Assembly (NCBI RefSeq): GCF_035084215.1
Contig: NC_090355.1
Location: 27,528,001 to 27,592,000 of the forward strand
Length of the DNA stretch: 64,000 bases
Source: Heptranchias perlo
Lineage: Eukaryota
Direction of reading: 5' to 3'
Of the stretch, positions 12,455 to 24,100 are shown piece after piece. Within the stretch, counting starts at the first letter, position 1, and each line of letters starts with the position of its first letter. Made by a program: the position numbers and the translations under genes. The notes beneath the pieces were generated by a model that saw only the letters and a program-made list of their open reading frames with translations, did not search any database and had not been told where the DNA came from.

Positions 12455-12717
12455 CGTGTTATTTTAAGTGTTCCCCGTCTACAAACATACGAAAATATCC
12501 GATGGGAAAAGACCAGTTGCCCAATCTTGCCTGTCACATAAAAGTCGTCATGCCTATGGACACGAGTCAGACACTCCACCAGCTGCCGTGGCCGGTTAAC
12601 GAGTGGATTAACTGGTTAATGGGATTAGCAAAGTACACTACACTGCACCCGGAGCTTTTAGGTTTTGCTTTAGGGGGTCAAAGGTGAGTGTGTAAAAAAT
12701 AAATAAACTACCAGCAA

Positions 12718-12728
12718 TGCGCATGCGC
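12718..12728. promoter_or_regulatory. NRF1-type motif TGCGCATGCGC in the presumptive PHYHD1 promoter
   Basis: Near-consensus NRF1 palindrome about 260 nt upstream of the candidate ATG. CpG enrichment over roughly 12150-12800. Confidence 0.5.
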
Positions 12729-13071
12729 TAGTCCCTGGCCCCCTAAATAAACATTTTCACAATTGCAGCGGTTCCCGAAACAAATATTTTAACTGGAGTC
12801 AGATTCACCATCTGACCTAAAAGCAAAATCATCAAAGGTAGAGTAAACGGGCAGTTTCGAAATGATTAACCACTAAATGAAGCTAATCCTTTACAGATGT
12901 CAGACAAGGGGCCTCTCTTGGAGACGTTAATCAGTTTTTTCAGATGCTGACAGGCGTGCTGTGTACTTCTTGCAATGGTTCCATCTGTGTTTCTGTGGGT
13001 GCATTCACACGCCAGCTTCACATTCCCAGTGTACTGCTTTCCATTGCCGCAATTGGTGTGTCAACAAAGCA

Positions 13072-13275
13072 ACAATTGTAAACAATTTTACAACACCAAG
13101 TTATAGTCCAGCAATTTTATTTTAAATTCACAAGCTTTCGGAGATTTTCTCCTTCCTCAGGCAAAAGGAGAAAATCTCCGAAAGCTTGTGAATTTAAAAT
13201 AAAATTGCTGGACTATAACTTGGTGTTGTAAAATTGTTTACAATTGTCAACCCCAGTCCATCACCGGCATCTCCA
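13072..13275. mobile_element. Young Penelope-like element with perfect 83-bp inverted arms
   Basis: 13072-13154 pairs with 13165-13247 around a 10-nt loop. Tail CCCCAGTCCATCACCGGCATCTCCACA. 13-nt direct repeat CAACAAAGCAACA at 13062-13074 and 13276-13288. Confidence 0.85.
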
Positions 13276-13630
13276 CAACAAAGCAACAGGCAAGGCAGGC
13301 AAAAATGGAAACTTAAGTAGAACTCTGAGCATTTTGTTGTTCCTTCTGGGAATAAAGTGGGAAATATTTTTAGTTCATATAAATTTAACTGTCATGTGTG
13401 CAGTTGTGAAGTCATTGTACACATGTCAACAGTCTCCACGGCGATTTAAACCCAGAAAGTAAGACTGGGTTTTAGAGGAGCAATATAAATCACTTCTCCA
13501 AACATAAAGTCTCTCTCGGTTCACTTGTTGCAGTATGAATGCACCCTGTGATCCATTGGTTTTGCTTTCTCTGTGATGATTAATTTTCCTTGTAAACAAA
13601 GTTAGGCACTTTCTGTGTTTACCTACCGAC

Positions 13631-16099
13631 ATAGAATCATAGAAGTTTACAACATGGAAACAGGCCCTTCGGCCCAACATGTCCATGTCGCCCAGTTTAT
13701 ACCACTAAGCTAGTCCCAGTTGCCTGCACTTGGCCCATATCCCTCTATACCCATCTTACCCATGTAACTGTCCAAATGCTTTTTAAAAGACAAAATTGTA
13801 CCCGCCTCTACTACTGCCTCTGGCAGCTCGTTCCAGACACTCACCACCCTTTGAGTGAAAAAATTGCCCCTCTGGACCCTTTTGTATCTCTCCCCTCTCA
13901 CCTTAAATCTATGCCCCCTCGTTATAGACTCCCCTACCGTTGGGAAAAGATTTTGACTACCTTATCTATGCCCCTCATTATTTTATAGACTTCTAAAAGA
14001 TCACCCCTAAACCTCCTACTCTCCAGGGAAAAAAGTCTCAGTCTATCCAACCTCTCCCTAGAAGTCAAACCATCAAGTCCCGGTAGCATCCTAGTAAATC
14101 TTTTCTGCACTCTTTCTAGTTTAATAATATCCTTTCTATAATAGGGTGACCAGAACTGTACACAGTATTTCAAGTGTGGCCTAACTAATGTCTTGTACAA
14201 CTTCAACAAGACATCCCAACTCCTGTATTCAATGTTCTGACCAATGAAACCAAGCATGCTGAATGCCATCTTCACCACCCTATCCACCTGTGACTCCACT
14301 TTCAAGGAGCTATGAACCTGTACTCCTAGATCTCTTTGTTCTATAACTCTCCCCAACGCCCTACCATTAACGGAGTAGGTCCTGGCCCGATTCGATCTAC
14401 CAAAATGCATCACCTCACATTTATCTAAATTAAACTCCATCTGCCATTCATCGGCCCACTGGCCCAATTTATCAAGATCCCGTTGCAATCCTGGATAACC
14501 TTCTTCACTGTCCACAATGCCACCAATCTTGGTGTCATCTGCAAACTTACTAACCATGCCTCCTAAATTCTCATCCAAATCATTAATATAAATAACAAAT
14601 AACAGCGGACCCAGCACCGATCCCTGAGGCACACTGCTGGTCACAGGCCTCCAATTTGAAAAACAACCCTCTACAACCACCCTCTGTCTTCTGTCGTCAA
14701 TCCAATTTTGTATCCAATTGGCTACCTCACCTTGGATCCCATGAGATCTAACCTTATGTAACAACCTACCATGCGGTACCTTGTCAAAGGCTTTGCTAAA
14801 GTCCATGTAGACCACGTCTACTGCACAGCCCTCATCTATCTTCTTGGTTACCCCTTCAAAAAACTCAATCAAATTTGTGAGACATGATTTTCCTCACACA
14901 AAACCATGCTGACTGTTCCTAATCAGTCCCTGCCTCTCCAAATGCCCGTAGATCCTGTCTCTCAGAATACCCTCTAACAACTTACCCACTACAGATGTCA
15001 GGCTCACCGGTCTGTAGTTCCCAGGCTTTTCCCTGCCGCCCTTCTTAAACAAAGGCACAACATTTGCTACCCTCCAATCTTCAGGCACCTCACCTGTAGC
15101 GGTGGATGATTCAAATATCTCTGCTAGGGGACCCGCAGTTTCCTCCCTAACCTCCCATAACGTCCTGGGATACATTTCATCAGGTCCCGGAGATTTATCT
15201 ACCTTGATGTGCGTTAAGACCTCCAGCACCTCCCTCTCTGTAATATGTACACTCCTCAAGACATCACTATTTATTTCCCCAAGTTCCCTAACATCCATGC
15301 CTTTCTCAACCGTAAATACCGATGCGAAATATTCATTTAGGATCTCACCCACCTCTTGTGGTTCCGCACATAGATGACCTTGTTGATCCTTACGAGGCCC
15401 TACTCTCTCCCTAGTTACTCTTTTGCCCTTTATGTATTTGTAGAAGCTCTTTGGATTCACCTTTGCCTTATCTGCCAAAGCAATCTCATGTCCCCTTTTT
15501 GCCCTCCTGATTTCTCTCTTAACTCTACTCCGGCAATCACTATACTCTTCAAGGGATCCACTTGATCCCAGCTGCCTATGCATGTCATATGCCTCCTTCT
15601 TCTTTCTGACTAGGGCCTCAATCTCCCGAGTCATCCAAGGTTCCCTACTTCTACCAGCCTTGCCCTTCACTTTATAAGGAATGTGCTTACCCTGAACCCT
15701 GGTTAACACACTTTTGAAAGCCTCCCACTTACCAGACGTCCCTTTGCCTGCCAACAGACTCTCCCAATCAACTTCTGAAAGTTCCTGTCTAATACCATCA
15801 AAATTGGCCTTTCCCCAATTTAGAATTTTAACTTTTGGGCCAGACCTATCATTCTCCATAGCTATCTTAAAACTAATGGAATTATGATCACTGGTCCCAA
15901 AGTGATCCCTCACTAACACTTCTGTCACCTGCCCTTCCTTATTTCCCAAGAGGAGGTCAAGTTTTGCCCCCTCTCTAGTCGGGCCATCCACATACTGAAT
16001 GAGAAATTCCTCCTGAATACACTCAACAAATTTCTCTCCATCCAAGCCCCTAATGCTATGGCTGTCCCAGTCAATGTTGGGAAAGTTAAAGTCCCCTAC
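13631..16099 (-). mobile_element. 5'-truncated young CR1 LINE (end of endonuclease, RT domain, 3' UTR)
   Basis: ORFs 14894-16045 and 13934-14872 are in frame and separated by a single TGA (QHGFV*GKSCLTNL). RT motifs DFSKAFDKV, PQGSVLGP, FADD and the endonuclease motif SDH are present. Small frameshift near 13955. CTATGATTCTATG tail. Confidence 0.95.
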
Positions 16100-16359
16100 A
16101 ATTAATCTGTCTGTGGATCAGTGAAACCTGAAAACGTAAACACTTGCAACATTTTCTCCCCTTGTTTAAATATTCATTTAGGGCCAGATCTTAAACTAGT
16201 GTTTGATGTCAGACTATCAGTAGGAAATTAGAGCAGATCAGCAATGTGTGAGACTTGATTGTTGATTTACACTGATGTCAGGGTGGCAGTAAATTGTACA
16301 ATTGACCAATTGGAAAGTGCATACATGAAGACAAAGGGCGAGAACAGAATAGGGGCTGG

Positions 16360-17228
16360 CTGCTTCATCAATGATCTTCCTTCTGTCACAAGCAGGAGTG
16401 GCTTTTGCTGATGATTTCAGTGTTCAGTTCCATTCGCAACTCCTCCAGTAATGAAATAGCCCATCCCAGCCTATAGCAGGAGTTGGATAGCAGTCAGGAT
16501 TGGGCTGACAAGTGGTAGGTAATATTTGTGCCACATAAGGGCCAATATAAATCTCAAATAAGAAAAAGCCCACCCTTCACCCCCTGACCTTCAATGGCAC
16601 CACCATCGCCGAGTCCCTCACATCTTGGAGGACTTCTCAGAGACTTAACTGCAGCAGCCATATCAATCCCATAGCTACAAGAGCAGGATAAAAGGCTGAG
16701 TACTCTGAGACAAATAGCACGCCTTCTGACTCCTCGAAGCCTCTGCAGGCTCAGGTCAGGAGTGTGATGGAATACACACCACTCACCTTGGTGGATTCAG
16801 CCACAACAACACTGAATAAGCTCAACATCATCTAGGCAGTTCATTTGATTGACATCCCAGAATCCATCCCCTCCATCATCAGGGGACTATGGGTACAGTA
16901 TATATGATCTACAAAATGCACTGCAGCAACTCGTTAAACTCACTTCAACAGCATCTCCCAGCTCTATGCTCTTGATTACCTAGAAGGACAAGAGCAGCAA
17001 TGTTGTGGGATTGCCATCAACTTCAGGTTCCCCTCAGAGTCGCACACCATCCTAACTTAAACATACGCAATTGTTCTTTCATTGTTGCTGGGTCAATATC
17101 CTGAAATTCTCTACACAACGCTAAAGATTACAGTGGTTGAAGGCATTGGCCCACCACCACCTTCTCAGGATAACTAGGGATGGGCAATAAATTTGGCCTT
17201 CTCAGAGTTGATCATATCCCAAGAACAA
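16360..17228 (+). mobile_element. Old LINE (CR1/L2-clade) RT C-terminus and 3' UTR remnant
   Basis: Decayed FINDL and FADD coding remnants (TTCATCAATGATCTT...TTTGCTGATGAT). Tail GGGCAATAAA...CATATCCC is shared with 20085-20350 and 38840-39085. Confidence 0.65.
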
Positions 17229-17323
17229 TGTTTTTTTTTTAAAGTGCTGGAGTGGGGCTTGTGACAAGGAATAGCTCTTAAAATGTAATAATTCTAGGCA
17301 GTATGAGAGGTTTACGTCATTGT

Positions 17324-17329
17324 TTTATT
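17324..17329 (-). terminator. Candidate poly(A) signal AATAAA of LRRC8D-like gene 2
   Basis: AATAAA on the minus strand about 135 nt downstream of the stop codon. Confidence 0.45.
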
Positions 17330-17462
17330 CAAAATCTGATAGCCATAAAATGTAATATGATAGGTGGATTTAGTTCAAATCAATTGACTTTTTTTCTTAC
17401 ATCAAGTATTTTTTTTCATGACTTACTTGGAACTAAACTACTGATGTCTGATGGTTCTCATT

Positions 17463-19877
17463 CTAACTGCCACCCATCTTTTCTCTTATTTCTAATGGAA
17501 GTGACTCAAAAACATATTGTTCCACCACAAGTCCACCAAGTTTCAGCATAGTGCATTGTCCTATTTCCACTGGGAGCTTTTCTAAGTGGTTTCCTTGAAG
17601 TTCCAACTGAGTTAGTTGGCTGAGCTTTGAGACCTTCCCACTGAGGGATGAGATTAAGTTATTGCTTAGCTTCAGAGTCATGAGCTTGGTACATTTGAAA
17701 AGCTGATCTGGTAGAGTTTCTATTTTATTGTGACGCAAATCCAGAAAATACAGGTTTTTGAGGTTCCCAATATCAGTTGGAATTGTGGAAATATTGTTGT
17801 TGTGTATATCTAAGTAATGCAGTTTCTCAACGCTGAAAAGGACTTTTGGTAAAGTCTCAATCTGGTTGTTTGACAAGTAAAGATACTCAAGCTTCTTGAT
17901 TAAATTAATAGTTGGAGGGATGGATTTGATCATGTTGAACCAGAACTTCAAACAGGACAACTTTTCCAGATATTGCAAGTTGATCATTTCTTCAATTTTG
18001 GTAAGATTGTTACCTTTAAGGTCTAAGACTTGAAGTTTGGACAAGGCATAAATGACATTTGGGATTTTATCCAACTCACAGTTGTGCAGTTCAAGTTGGG
18101 TCAGATTGGCCATTTTCTTTAAGATACTCAGGCTCAAGAGCTTAGTCTTATCATTGTGAATGCAAAGCTTGAGCAGGTGGAATGCAACGTCGAAGATGCT
18201 GGAGGGTATTTTGGAAAGACTCGTTTTTAGGTAAAGGACTTTCAGAGAGCGAAGTCCCTTCATGGATTCCAGTTCCAATGCTTTTCTTTCAATAGCTAGC
18301 TTTCCAGTGAGGTACAGCTCTTTGAGCTGGATCAGTTTGTAGATCCATTCAGGGATTTCATCACGATTCACATATTTAACTCCCACTTTCTTCAGTTGGT
18401 TTCTCAGCCACATCAAAGCTGATGGTGTAACTTCAGTCACACAATGTGAGAGCCAGACTTCTTCCAACTGGTTAAGTTGGATTATTTTGTTGGATATTTT
18501 AACATTACTACAAAGTTCCAGTTTTAAGACCTGTAGCTCAGTAACATCATAGACTGACTCAGGAATTCCTGATAGCATGAAGAGGTACAACTCATACTGG
18601 TCCTTCTTATTTTTTGTTAGATGTTGCTTCACCTTCTCCATAGTCCAATCGTTATTCAAACTTAACAATTTTAACTTTTGTTCACTCACCTCTGAAAGGA
18701 AAACTGCAAGACGTTTGCAATACAGAGCGTCATACTGATCAATCAAATGCAACATGAAAGCAAAGTCATTCGTTACATCAGGGATATCACTGAATTGGTT
18801 TTCTCCTCGTTTCTCAAAGGAGTATTTCTTCAGAGGTTTTTTGAAAACCCAAAGTAGTGTGTGGATACAGAGTATCCAATAGATAATCACTAAACTCAGG
18901 TACAGCAGGGCCATTTTCCCGATGAAACGAGCAGTGCTATAAGTGCAATTGAAAGTCTTGTAAAAAACCAATGATATCGCATTAGGTTCACATAAATTTT
19001 CAAAGTCAACATCATAAACATGGGCTGGAAAGTAACAAATAATAATTATGCAATGTATAGTTTTGAACAATGTTTGGCCAGCATATAATTTATAGATTGT
19101 ATCTTTCTCTTCAACATGGAGTCTGAATTTCCTTACTTTCTCAAACAAAGCTTTGGCTTGCTCTGCGTCCTTCTTGTCCAGGGATGAGCCAGATCCTTGT
19201 GCGTTTGAGTGGATGCGTGTGGGAATTTTAATGGTTGATGTAGTAGTTGTAATACTGATATTGTCAGCGCCATTGTCAGAGGCCTTATTTGGTTTTAGGG
19301 CTTCTTCCAGTTCATTGGCATCTACACAGACTGCTGTAGATAGGGCTTTGGATGTCCATGGTGACTGAAAACAATTCTGAAGGATGTCAAGAAATTGTTG
19401 CAATTTGGAGCTTGTTTTAGGATATGTGAAATAGAAGTTACTGCAGATAATCAGGACAACTGTATGGAATAAAATTAGGTAAGAAAAGAACCTGGTAAAC
19501 CAGGGAATTTGACTATAGCACATTTGATTGATGTAATGGTACTGCCAATTGTATAACTTTGTAACTTTCCCTTGGCTAATAGGAGGAAATGGATCTGGAT
19601 TACTTTGTACTCGTGGATTGGCATTGACATCAGATATTGTTGGAGTATTTTGCAGGGTTGAACTTATCTCATGTGACCTTCCTTTGGTTTTACCAACATT
19701 ATTGATCTGTGGCAAACAGAAAGTCTCATCCATGTAAAGCTGTATGCTGCAACCAAAGATAGCTAGCAACAACATGATAACAGTCAGATAATCCATGAAA
19801 GTATCCCACCAAGGTTTGAAGATCCGGAAGGCAGGTTGCTTACTTTCTAAACTTGAAAAATCAACGACTGAAAACAT
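17463..19877 (-). CDS. LRRC8 family VRAC subunit, divergent LRRC8D-like paralogue 2 (804 aa, single coding exon)
   Basis: Intact ORF: MFSVVDFSSLESKQPAFRIFKPWWD start, four TM segments, LDKKD.EQAKALFEKV, FSDIPDV.NDFAF and a C-terminal LRR array. A splice acceptor (atttcag) lies 2 nt before this ATG, so the 19 extra N-terminal residues of the ORF track are intronic. Confidence 0.93.
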   Translation of the reverse strand: MFSVVDFSSLESKQPAFRIFKPWWDTFMDYLTVIMLLLAIFGCSIQLYMDETFCLPQINNVGKTKGRSHEISSTLQNTPTISDVNANPRVQSNPDPFPPISQGKVTKLYNWQYHYINQMCYSQIPWFTRFFSYLILFHTVVLIICSNFYFTYPKTSSKLQQFLDILQNCFQSPWTSKALSTAVCVDANELEEALKPNKASDNGADNISITTTTSTIKIPTRIHSNAQGSGSSLDKKDAEQAKALFEKVRKFRLHVEEKDTIYKLYAGQTLFKTIHCIIIICYFPAHVYDVDFENLCEPNAISLVFYKTFNCTYSTARFIGKMALLYLSLVIIYWILCIHTLLWVFKKPLKKYSFEKRGENQFSDIPDVTNDFAFMLHLIDQYDALYCKRLAVFLSEVSEQKLKLLSLNNDWTMEKVKQHLTKNKKDQYELYLFMLSGIPESVYDVTELQVLKLELCSNVKISNKIIQLNQLEEVWLSHCVTEVTPSALMWLRNQLKKVGVKYVNRDEIPEWIYKLIQLKELYLTGKLAIERKALELESMKGLRSLKVLYLKTSLSKIPSSIFDVAFHLLKLCIHNDKTKLLSLSILKKMANLTQLELHNCELDKIPNVIYALSKLQVLDLKGNNLTKIEEMINLQYLEKLSCLKFWFNMIKSIPPTINLIKKLEYLYLSNNQIETLPKVLFSVEKLHYLDIHNNNISTIPTDIGNLKNLYFLDLRHNKIETLPDQLFKCTKLMTLKLSNNLISSLSGKVSKLSQLTQLELQGNHLEKLPVEIGQCTMLKLGGLVVEQYVFESLPLEIREKMGGS

Positions 19878-20084
19878 ACCTGAAATAAATGCAAAAATTT
19901 GAAGTGATATTTGAAACATACATTTTGTAGACACTTGAGATATTAGTTCTCTACATTACAACATTTGGGTTTGGGTAATTCCAGGCACGTGCATGCCATA
20001 TAGGGGTACCCACAAAAGGCTGCAAAGTAGAAGAAGGACTGAGGGCATTGTTGACAAAACACTGAAGCTAGGACAGGTCACTTT

Positions 20085-20350
20085 TTTTTATTCATTCATG
20101 GGATGTGGGCATCACTGGCAAGGCCAGCATTTATTGCCCAACCCTAATTGCCCTTGAGAAGGTGGTGGTGAACCGCCTTCTTGAACTATTGCAGTCCCTT
20201 TGGTAAAGGTACTCCCACAGCTGTTAGGTAGGGAGTTCCAGGATTTTGACCCAGCGACGGTGAAGGAATGGCAATATATTTCCATGTCAGGATGGTGTGT
20301 GACTCGGAGGCGGACGTGCAGGTGGTGGTGTTCCCATGCACCTGCTGCCC
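20085..20350 (-). mobile_element. LINE 3' tail fragment (same family as 16360-17228)
   Basis: TTTTTTTATTCATTCATGGGATGTGGGCATCACTGGCAAGGCCAGCATTTATTGCCC. Confidence 0.7.
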
Positions 20351-20354
20351 TTGT

Positions 20355-20830
20355 AAAACTAGAAACATTATACTTACCTCATACAAGGCCTTAATACAGC
20401 CTGATCTAGAACACTGTCCAGTTTGTCCCCCCCCCCCCCCCCCCCAAATGTTGTTGGCCCTAGAGAAGGTCTGGATCACAGCCACAAGAATGAAAACTAG
20501 TCTTAGAACTCTTAGCTATCGGGATAGGCTCTGGGAACTAGGGCTTTTGTCATTGGAGAAACATAGACTTCGAGGTAATATAATTTATTTTCAAAACGAT
20601 GAAGGGAATAGGTTCCGTTTGGGTGGATAGGTAATTTGAGTTTGATAGGAATGGGAGAACTAGGGGCCATCAGTATAAAATACAAAACATGGAATCAAGT
20701 TAGATGCCATGAAGTATTTCTTTTCACAGAGAGTTATTGACCTGTGGAATGGATGACCAAAACATGTAGTAAGTACGGATTCACTGCAATCCTTCAAAGG
20801 GGAGCTGGACGAATTCTTTAGAGTTGAGGA
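20355..20830 (+). mobile_element. Degraded CR1 LINE 3' fragment
   Basis: Translation YKALIQPDLEHC...LSYRDRLWELGLLSLEKHRLRG matches the CR1 ORF2 C-terminus. Confidence 0.75.
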
Positions 20831-21827
20831 CATCTCAAGTTATAGAGGCAGGGACCACAGGCCAAGTGTTACTGTTTTCCACAAGGCCCTCATAGTGCAT
20901 TCTAACATACTGTAAATAGAGTCCCAATAAATGAGGGATAGTTGACCTACCCATAGCCGAGCTGGCCACTAAAAAATGTGCAGGGCACTGTCTAATTTCT
21001 CCGTAGGGAGAAACTGACCTTTGCTCAACACCTACCCACAGTAGTGTAGTTAAGATCCAAAGCACAGCAGTGTTAGTGAATCAGAACTGCATCATACCAG
21101 TCCTTGCCATTGGTGTTGGTGTTGTTGTAACTTATACTTTTAAAATTAATTTTCAAAGGAATTGTAAGGAAAGGATTAATTAATCTGGCTTGAAGTCTCT
21201 TTATGTTGTAGTAATATTAACTTTTAGCTTTTGCCTGTTAAGTGAATTTCTGTTAGAAGGATGAAAATGTACTCAAAAGACAGGTTTGCTTTATTTTGGA
21301 TAATTGTGCGTTTAGCAATGTTCCTGGCTCGGCATCTGTCTTCCTTAGAACTTTTTTACATTAAAAGCACTATATAATGTAAGTTGTTTTTGTTGTGCCC
21401 ACTGTGGAACTGACCTTTACATATTTAAAGGCCCTAGATACAATCCCTGGTCTGTGCTGTGTTAGCTGATCTCAGTGAGGGTAATGGTAAGGATTGGTCT
21501 CAGAGTGCCCGAGCTAACAAGGGGAGAAAGGACCCAGGGTTACGGCTCCTTATGACTTTTCATGATTCTTGCCGAAAGTGCATGTGTAGACATTGGGGTG
21601 AGAACTCGACAGAGTCAGCTGTGATGCCATGAATAGAAGAATGAGATGGATGTAAAAGCACATACACAGTCAGGCTACAGTAAATGATCACACACCAAAC
21701 AGTACAAAGTATTTACTAGCTACCTGTAGAGGTCAACAAATCAGGAATACAGAATGGGAATATTTTTCAAAGGTAGAGACAAATTGGTAGAAAAATAATT
21801 AGGTAGAAAACAAATATTTGTACTTAC

Positions 21828-21990
21828 TCAAGACAGGACTTTGGACTGAACTAAATCTGAATAGATAGCTTTTCCAGTAAACATCAACATTTGTCTTTTA
21901 CAAATCATAAAGATAATAATATGTTAATTTAAGATAGCAAAATTAATAATACATGTTCAAACGGTTTCATAACTTTCGACTGACATCCAC
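21828..21990 (-). other. Candidate non-coding 5' UTR exon of LRRC8D-like gene 2
   Basis: tatttctcag acceptor at 21991 and gtaagta donor at 21827. The coding exon needs an upstream exon because of its acceptor at 19880. Confidence 0.35.
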
Positions 21991-22242
21991 CTGAGAAATA
22001 TTGATAAAGTTCTAACAAATGGTTGGGTTTAGAATTTTTCTATTGATGAAGTTGAATTTGGAATTTTTGATTGTCTTCAATATTCTAATTCTTCTAGATC
22101 CATTTAAACTCCTGACATCGCACAAATTGAAAGGTATGGCCTCTCCTGGAGCTGGGCTGTCATCCATTAAGTACATGAATATCTTGAGTTTAACACATAC
22201 CCGTCATGCTCCAGATATCAGACTTCAAAGTGTCACATTTTG

Positions 22243-22255
22243 TTATATATATAAA
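22243..22255 (-). promoter_or_regulatory. Candidate TATA box for LRRC8D-like gene 2
   Basis: TTTATATATATAA about 45 nt upstream of a gtatgt donor at 22200. Confidence 0.3.
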
Positions 22256-23559
22256 GCAACCTTAAAAAAGAGAAAGAGAGACAGCCATTTCATGATGGGT
22301 TCTTCTGACCTGAAGCAAGAAATTTACAAGCAATTATAATTGCCTTCATGAGTTCACAAGCAGCTACAATCATGTGGATTTGCTTATTTAGACCACTGCT
22401 CCACAGGGAGTTTCTGATCAGTAGCGATCAGTGGTCTCAAAAGGACAGGCTGGATGAACATGATAACATTGCTACACACCCAGACTACCTGGGAACAATG
22501 CCATAGCAGACCTTCTATGACTTTCATAAAATACCACAGGCTTTTAAAGTATTTATTTGAAATTCAACTATTTCTAGCTGAAAAGCAGATATGAGAAAGT
22601 TACGAACTGCCATTTGTTAAACAATTTCAGGCATAAAGATTTGCTGATCAGGCTCCCCAATGGATAAATATCCCATTAGGTGTACTACTGAGCCACTGAA
22701 ACAAGGAAGGCCCCAGGTCTAATCCTGAGCCCTTGTTGCTTTAATCAAATCTAGTCAGGGCAGCACTAGGGGAGGTAATACAATTGAACTCAGTTCCCTG
22801 AGGATGTAGAAGAAAAAAAATTGTTTCAAATCTGAAATATGTGCTTATTTTACCCACTGTGCAGTTAGCTGGATTGGCTCTCCCTCTTGGTTGCCTGGAA
22901 GAGCAGAACAAGAAAACACATTACAATGCTTCTAAAAATACACTCCTTGAAACATAGCTACACATGGCAAGAGATTGCTGTGTGTAACACTGAATTGCTG
23001 CAATGTGGGTCCATGTTTGATGGAATGAATGACAGTAAATAAGGAGATATGCAATAAATAGCAAAAGATACTAGACATGAATTAGCCAGGGGCCTTCAAA
23101 TCCAGCCTTTCTCCCCACCCCTCTATTGACTCCACACCCACAATCCTGATGGCTTTCTCCTCATAAGGAGTCAAGGGTCACAGCTCCTGTAGCCTGCTCC
23201 TACAAGTAGATATGAAAGGGACAGATGTAAAAAAGAGGATTGTGAAATGAATGATAACAAAGTGCCCAGGACAACATCCACCTGAGTGTGTAAAGATACA
23301 GCTGCAAGGAACCTTATGCTGCCATAGTACTTGCTGCTTGATTGACCTAGTTAATGGCCAACATGGAGATGACAGTGATATGTCAACAGGGCCTAGTGAA
23401 CCGAAAGACCATGATTATGCCTATGCATTTACAGAGATCAGGGATTGCCAAAGTGCTCTGGTTTTTCTCTCTTTGATGCTGTTCCAAGTTTATGAGGAGC
23501 AATAACCATGTTGGCAAAACAACCAATTAAGATATTATCACATGCATGCTCATTTACCT

Positions 23560-24100
23560 TGAGAAACTTTGCGTCAGCCAAAAAATGTCTTCCTCTCCCC
23601 CTCCAAGGTTTGGACTAAAGATGAGGCAGCAATGACACACTCTGTCAGCCCCATTCATACTGCTCTGCCTGTACTCTTTAATGCTGGGTGGTCCTCTCCT
23701 CCAAATTGGACCACCTTTCACTTCAGGACTTCCTGTACTCCAGTGCTTGATCACTGAATGACATCACTCTGTGCCCAGACATTTTTGGTTGCTTCTTTAA
23801 GAGCTGCTGGGGCCAGGAATCCTGCCCTAGAACCTCAACATGTCCCCAGCACCTCACACCAAGATCTTTTTGTTGCTCAACCTCTTTCAGTATTGTTCCC
23901 TGCAAATGATACGTGTATTCTGTGTTGTTCCTATCAGCACGCATAACACTACATTTATCTAAATTAAATGCCATTTGCCAATGTGTAGCCCACTCCCCAA
24001 GCACATCTAAATCTTTTTGATTGCACTCCTCTACCCACTACTCATTTCCCCTCCTAGATTGGTATCATCTGCAAGTTTGACCACTATGCCTTGAATTTCT
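23560..24100 (-). mobile_element. Degraded CR1 LINE RT fragment
   Basis: Translation LGEWATHWQMAFNLDKCSVM...QQKDLGV, with an upstream KLADD remnant. Confidence 0.75.

Noticed and set aside
12681-12690. Strong plus-strand donor AAGGTGAGT suggesting an antisense transcript at the PHYHD1 promoter
   Set aside because: A single motif with no identifiable partner exon is expected by chance.
13934-16045. Reverse transcriptase ORFs as a host gene or a novel RT system
   Set aside because: Ordinary 5'-truncated CR1 LINE with an internal stop, a frameshift and a standard tail.
19878-19934. N-terminal extension MSTKCMFQISLQIFAFISG of the 823-aa ORF
   Set aside because: It is a pyrimidine tract and acceptor. 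LRRC8 homology places the start at the ATG at 19877.
22012-22176. 54-codon minus-strand ORF upstream of paralogue 2
   Set aside because: No recognisable homology, and it falls in a predicted 5' UTR intron.
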